Under the pieces are notes generated by a model. The model was given only the letters and a program-made list of their open reading frames with translations, was not told where the DNA came from and ran no database searches. Position numbers and translations under genes: made by a program. Shown here piece by piece: positions 36,386 through 42,207 of a stretch of DNA of 42,207 bases (position 1 is its first letter; every line of letters begins with the position of its first letter). This stretch comes from Octopus sinensis (lineage: Eukaryota), in assembly GCF_006345805.1 (NCBI RefSeq), contig NW_021835161.1, forward strand, positions 1 through 42,207. The letters run 5' to 3'.

Positions 36386-36760
36386 GGCGAGCTGGTAGTA
36401 ACGTTAGCAAGGCGAGCGAAATTCTTAGTGGTATTTCGTCTTCTGCTACATTCAGAGTTCAAATTCCGCCGAGGTCGACTTTGCCTTTTATCCTTTCGGG
36501 GTCGATTAAATAAGTACCAGTTACGCACTGGGGTCGATATAATCGACTTAATCCGTTTGTCTGTCCTTGTACGTCCCCCCTGTGTTTAGCCCCTTGTGGG
36601 TAGTAAAGAAATAGGTATTTCGTCTGTCTTTACGTTCTGAGTTCAAATTCCACCGAGGTCAAATTTACCTTTCATAATTTTGAGGTCGATAAATTAAGTA
36701 CCAGTTGCGTACTAGGCCTCCTCCCCAACAATTTCGGGTCCTGTGGCTAGAGTAGAAAAA
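36386..36760 (+). mobile_element. SINE family C composite: head + one 184-bp tail-1 unit + tail-2 unit
   Basis: gtatttcgtc at 36431 and 36615; junction gtaaagaaatag|gtatttcgtctg is identical to that at 13835/13836. Confidence 0.9.
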
Positions 36761-36874
36761 ATCGCTGTTGTAGGTAAAGTACTGTCTCGAGTTCTAGGAT
36801 TCATTGGGCCAATTATCAGAATTCCATGAAGTGTAAATGACCGAGATCACAATGTTCTTACTGAACAGAATACC

Positions 36875-37030
36875 AGTCCGTTGTAGGGTTATTCATTTAC
36901 AGCTGAGAGGACTGGAGCAACGTGAGGTGTTTTTCTAAAGAACTCAACTCACTGCCCAGACGGACAATCGAAATCACGCTCTTGCGATTGTAAGCGCAAC
37001 ACATTCTGACCTTTAGGTCACGCGCCCAAA
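36875..37030 (-). mobile_element. SINE family B head and centre, degenerate
   Basis: cagctgagaggactggagcaacgtga..aatcgaaatcac..gtcacgcgccc. Confidence 0.6.
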
Positions 37031-37749
37031 CACTCGGTAATGTGTTTCAGATTAAAACAATGATTGGGGAAAAAATTTAAAGTGTTGGCCACGCCTGGAG
37101 TACGTTTGACATTAGGTCAGCTCGATCAGGTTTGATCTGGCGATAAATAACTAATAACAACAACAACAAAAACAACCACAAGAAATATAAAAAAAGCAGC
37201 AAAAACCACTGACATCATCAAAAACCTACGCAAGCAAATACGTCCAACTTTAACGCTATTGCTCTCTTCATCTACATTATATATCTTACTGTTTTCAATA
37301 ACAAAGATGACAGACATAACTTACTAATTAAGAGACCATTGTCATTTATGTATAATTCACAAACGTTATTGGTGGAACCGAAGCTGAGTGATGGTGGTGG
37401 TGTGAGGTATAAATTTTATTAAAATTTCCTTTTGTGGTTAATTTCATAACACCTCCCATTACACCTTCCTCAACGCCTTCCACGTGAATCTCTCACCATG
37501 TACCACGCCTCACTACATTTCTCCTGCCCCCCGCCACGTTCAGTTTCCACTTCCTTTCATATGAATATACATATTTAAACATGGTCTCTCTGTATACGAC
37601 AGAAGTCATATATATAAATGAATATTGTACACACACTGGTATAAATCTGTGTGTATTGTGCTTCACATGCACACATTCATGTATACACACAAACACGCAT
37701 TCATATTTTATATTTATATATACCGGTGTATACATTTACAATATATATT

Positions 37750-37787
<38 letters not shown>

Positions 37788-37875
37788 GGCGTCTGTAAAC
37801 TCGTGTATAACGTACAAATACCGACACATTCATATGTGTATATGCATTCAGGAAAGTGCTTGTGTTTATCACATG

Positions 37876-37876
37876 T

Positions 37877-37934
<58 letters not shown>
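37876..37934. repeat. (GTA)n tract
   Basis: Directly visible; gives the poly-Tyr ORF. Confidence 0.97.
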
Positions 37935-38122
37935 CTGCATGAGCGGTGGTGGCGGTGGCAGTGTTGTATTAGCGCAATATCCCTGATTTGCACCAGAGTT
38001 AATTTAAAACGTTTGGCAACTGTCCATGCTCCCTTGACGTTAACGCGGTAGAAACACGATGTCTGGATTACGTATCTATCTATATGTTCGTGGGTGTACG
38101 TATATATATATATATATATATA

Positions 38123-38177
<55 letters not shown>

Positions 38178-38201
38178 CAAATAAAAATAGAGAAGATGCG
38201 C

Positions 38202-38673
38202 TTATTCCATTTGTTGACAGTTGTTTCGTAATCCGTGTCTAGTTACATTAACGTCGCTAAACGTCTGACACAGAAACAAATTTACATATATATGTTATAT
38301 CGCACGTTCCGATGACCTCTACTCAACTCCCGACGCCTAGATTTCTCCCTCTATATCTGCGTATTGGGCTAGCCTACTTCATCGTCTGGGGCGTCCGCAC
38401 AACAATATATCAATACTAATATAATTGTACTGTAACATAATGAACAAATTCCTCATAGGGATCATATCAAGTCAATATTTGCGAGGTGTGATGTTAGCTT
38501 CCTATGAGTCGTTCCGTTGAGAAATCTATGTATTACGTTACTGCACAGTTACATTTGCGTGACTATATGTATATCTAAAAGTATCATTATTTATGTGTGT
38601 GTGTGTTGAACAATATAGTACCGCTGATGTAACTGATCACGTATTACGAAACAGCTGTCAACAAATGGAATAA
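38202..38673. mobile_element. Probable MITE / non-autonomous DNA transposon with 49-bp inverted repeats
   Basis: 38202-38250 vs reverse complement of 38625-38673: 43/49 identical, ungapped. No TSD identified. Confidence 0.6.
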
Positions 38674-39206
38674 ACAGCTCTTCTTTCAATTCTCTTGTTT
38701 GGTTAATAAATATATACTCACCACTGTTTTGATGCCTGATTTTTCAGAACTTCAGTAAGGTTAAACTCTAGTTTCATCTCATCCAACGTGTTCCTTCAAA
38801 GTTTCATAACAGGCGGCAGAGAGCTTACAGTGAGCTCTATTTGATTTTTTGTTTTCTTATTCCAGTTGTTATACACACATACATACCATACAAACAGATG
38901 TATACAGAGAGAGAGAGAAAGGGGGGGGGGAAGGAATAGAAAACCAACAATATGGCCACAGGCCAAAAACTGAGAGAGGTAAATGAATGAATAAAAACAT
39001 ATTTATCGTATGCGTTTTTGTGTTTTGTGTGCGTGCGCTAAGTACGTACCCCTATCCTGCCATTCCACTACACATACATATGAATAAGTAGACGTGTGTA
39101 TCTTGACAAGTTGCCTTTATCTACTTGTGTAACGATCTTATTAATCAATCAGTTATGTCTAACGGTATGTGGTAGGTACGTACTGGTTGGGTAGTGTTAG
39201 TGTTAT

Positions 39207-39244
<38 letters not shown>

Positions 39245-40326
39245 GACGTATATGTGTGCATATATGTATGTGTTTCTTTTTGTATACACTATGTGCATTG
39301 TGTATATGTTGGTGCAAACATCTAGCTGTGCGATTGTCTATTTGTTTAGCTGCGTATGTACGTACGCGTGTATTTATATATGCATTATCGTATATATAGC
39401 GGTGTGCCGGGTGTATATGTGTGTATAAATACATACATACATGCATACATACATATATATATATGCATGTATGTAGTAAACTTATATATATATATATATA
39501 TGTATATACATATAGATACATACATACATACATTCATATATACATACAAACATACATACATACATATATTTGTTTGCTTATTTCTCTAAACGTGTGAACA
39601 CTTGTTGAACATAATATATTTACGTCTATACTTACGAGACAAGAGATCTAATACGTTTTTCAAACCTTTGAACTTTTGTTTGCTTTTCGCCCCAAACTCT
39701 TCCTGTTTCATGATTTTTTCATTATTCTTTTTCTTTTTTTTTGTTTTATTTTACTTGTTTAGTATTGTGTTGTGCTTTTGTTGTTTTCGTTGTTGTTGTT
39801 CGTGCGTTGTTTTTTTTATGATTATTTCGTTTCGTTTTTTTTTTTGCGTATGCAAACTCGTTCCATATTGACACGTACTTACTCAGACCTCGCATCGGAA
39901 GTGGCAAGAGTTGGTTGGCCGGTCGGTCGGTTAGCTGGTTGGTGCTAGCTTGTAATTGTGATAGTGATAGTGTTCTCAGAGATAATAGTGTCGTTGATGT
40001 TGTTAATGTTGGTGTTGTTGTTGATAATATTGGTTGCTTTAGGAATGTTATTTTTATGGTGGTGTTGTTGTTGTTAATATCCGTGTTATTGGTGGAGATA
40101 GTGTTGATATTGGAGATAGTGTTGATATTGATGATAATGGAATTGACAATAATAATAGCGTTGGAGCTAATGTTGATTAATTCATGGTAGTGATAATGAG
40201 TGTTGTGCAGTTAGTGTTGATGGTAGTATTAGAAGTAGTGGGTGTGTGGGTAGTAGTTTATGTGGGTAGTAGATGATTATAATGATGTGTAGTTTTAGTG
40301 GTCATTGATAATAATAAGAATAACAA

Positions 40327-40533
40327 TTTCTAACATGGGCACAAGGCCTTAAATTTTGCATAGGGAATGGTTGATTAAACGACCCCAGTGTTCAACTGAG
40401 ACTTATTTTATCGACCTCGAGGGATAAAAGGCAATGTCGACCTCGACGGAATTTGAACTCAGAATGTAGCAACGGGCGAAATACTTCGCAGTATTTCGCC
40501 CGGCGTGCTAAAGATCCTGCCAGCTCTTTGCCT
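40327..40533 (-). mobile_element. SINE family C with tail 2
   Basis: gggcacaaggcc..ttttatcgacc..ggaatttgaactcagaa..atttcgcccggcgtgcta..ctgccagctc. Confidence 0.82.
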
Positions 40534-40537
40534 TAGA

Positions 40538-40569
40538 GTAATGATGATGATGATGATAATAATAATATA

Positions 40570-40615
<46 letters not shown>

Positions 40616-40629
40616 TAACAATAATAATA

Positions 40630-40708
<79 letters not shown>

Positions 40709-40712
40709 TAAT
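40538..40712. repeat. (TAA)n tract
   Basis: Directly visible. Confidence 0.97.
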
Positions 40713-40854
40713 AATTAATTCTTTTATTGGCCACAAGGGCTGACAAAAATTAATTATAACAAGAAAAGGACAAAACAAGACGAAAGGTTACAAAGGGTTT
40801 TGTCCGTTTGTAAAAAACCGTGTAAAAACAGTGTAACAATCAAAAATTATAACA
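40713..40854 (-). mobile_element. Probable 3' end of a second L1/Tx1-like LINE
   Basis: Minus strand is T-rich and ends cagcccttgtggccAATAAAag, the same hairpin plus poly(A)-signal terminus as 21102-21134, followed by (TTA)n. Confidence 0.55.
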
Positions 40855-40999
40855 GATATGAGATTACCATGTCGTGCACATATGGTTGTGATGCATGTGC
40901 CTAGTGTACCCTTATCAGACGAGTAGTCATGATGGGTATACTGGGCTTCGTATATTTTATCCCAGTGTCACTTTGATGGCATGCACTGCTCTCTCGCTC
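40855..40999 (+). mobile_element. 3' 145 bp of the (TAA)n-embedded element
   Basis: Reverse complement of about 27910-28058; followed by (AAT)n. Confidence 0.88.
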
Positions 41000-41041
<42 letters not shown>

Positions 41042-41057
41042 TAATAATAATAATAAT

Positions 41058-41850
41058 CCTTCCTGTTTTGGGCACAATGCCTGAACTTTTGGGGGAGGGA
41101 TGGTCGATTACATAGACCTCAGTACTCAACTGGTACTAAGTTTATCAACCTCGAAAGGACGAAAAGCAAACCCGACCTTGGCGGAAATTGATCTCAGAGT
41201 GAAAGGACGTGAGAAATGCCGCTTAGCAGTTTATTAGGCATGCTAAGGATTTTGACAACTAGCCGCCCTGGTGAAGGCAACAATAATCCTTTCTACTATT
41301 GTTACAAAGCCTGAAATTTGGAGAGGGTGTAGTCAATTACATTGACTCCAGTACTCACCTGGTACTTATTTTATCGAATCCGAATGGATGAAAGGCAAAG
41401 TCGACTTCGGTGGAATTTGAACTCAGAACGTAGCGACGGGCGAAATACCGCTAAGCTTTTAACCTGGGGTGCTAACACTTTTGCCAGGTCACCGCCTTAG
41501 TGAGGTCGATGATAATCATTTCAAATTTTGGCACCAGGCCAGCAGTTTGCGGGAGGGTTAAGTTTATCACAACTGGTACTTATTGTATCGACCCCGAAAC
41601 GTATGAAAGGCAAAGGCTAAGTCAACCTCGGCAGAATTTGAACTCAGCACGTAAAGATTGATGAAATATGGCTAAGCATTTCGCCCGGCGTTCTGACGGC
41701 TCTGTCAGCATGCCATATTGATGATTGTTGTAATAACAATGTTTTTTAGTGATGACAATAATAATGCTTTCTACTAGAGGCACAGGGCATGAATTATTTG
41801 GGGGAGATGACTAGTTGGTTTCATCGACTCCTAGCGTTTAACTGGTACTT
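41058..41850 (-). mobile_element. Head-to-tail run of four diverged family C (tail 2) SINEs
   Basis: caactggtact or a close variant recurs at about 41128, 41359, 41571 and 41841; units about 41060-41270, 41285-41500, 41515-41715 and 41765-41850 (partial), separated by short ATA/GAT spacers. Confidence 0.8.
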
Positions 41851-42207
41851 ATTTTAATTTATTTAAAAAGTATAAAATTACACATCTATGATTTAATGAC
41901 CCAAAACTTTTATAATTTTATAGCTATATGTTTTTTTTATTATTTAACTATGTTTGTGTCTGCGTGTGCGTGCGTGTATGTACCCATGTATGTTTGTATG
42001 TATATATATATATATTTGTATATATATATATATATATGTATACACACATATATATCTGTATATATATACGCACATATATATATGTACATGTATATATAAA
42101 TGAGTGTAGATAGATAGATAGATATGTATGCATATATGTATATACATACACACACATATATATATATATATACATATATATACATACATACATACATACA
42201 TATATAT

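Overview
Eukaryotic, AT-rich, microsatellite-dense DNA. The repeat families match my recollection of octopus (coleoid cephalopod) genomes; this is an inference, not a database result. No host protein-coding gene can be supported, and almost every ORF in the track is a translation of (TA)n, (CA)n, (GATA)n, (TAA)n or (GAT)n repeats. Real coding signal is limited to three items: a young, 5'-truncated L1/Tx1-clade LINE with an uninterrupted RT-to-zinc-finger frame (21100-23282, minus) sitting inside a (GATA)n tract; a decayed Penelope-type GIY-YIG endonuclease fragment (4903-5181); and a decayed mariner transposase N-terminus (6768-7241). The rest is about 30 tRNA-headed SINE copies of three working families (A, B, C), a (TAA)n-embedded 558-bp retro-element and a probable MITE. 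Best leads: (1) minimal type I hammerhead ribozymes in Penelope-like non-autonomous elements (9004-9041, 23927-23964) and a degenerate one inside a tRNA-headed SINE (34812-35066); (2) one SINE-C tail matches the 3' end of the Tx1-like LINE at 28/33 nt with a conserved hairpin; (3) this tail builds identical 184-bp-period composites at two separate loci, suggesting a SINE that inserts into its own family; (4) fold-back hairpins at the ends of Penelope-like elements, including a 170-bp one. SINE boundaries are approximate (about +/-10 nt) and family names A/B/C are my working labels.
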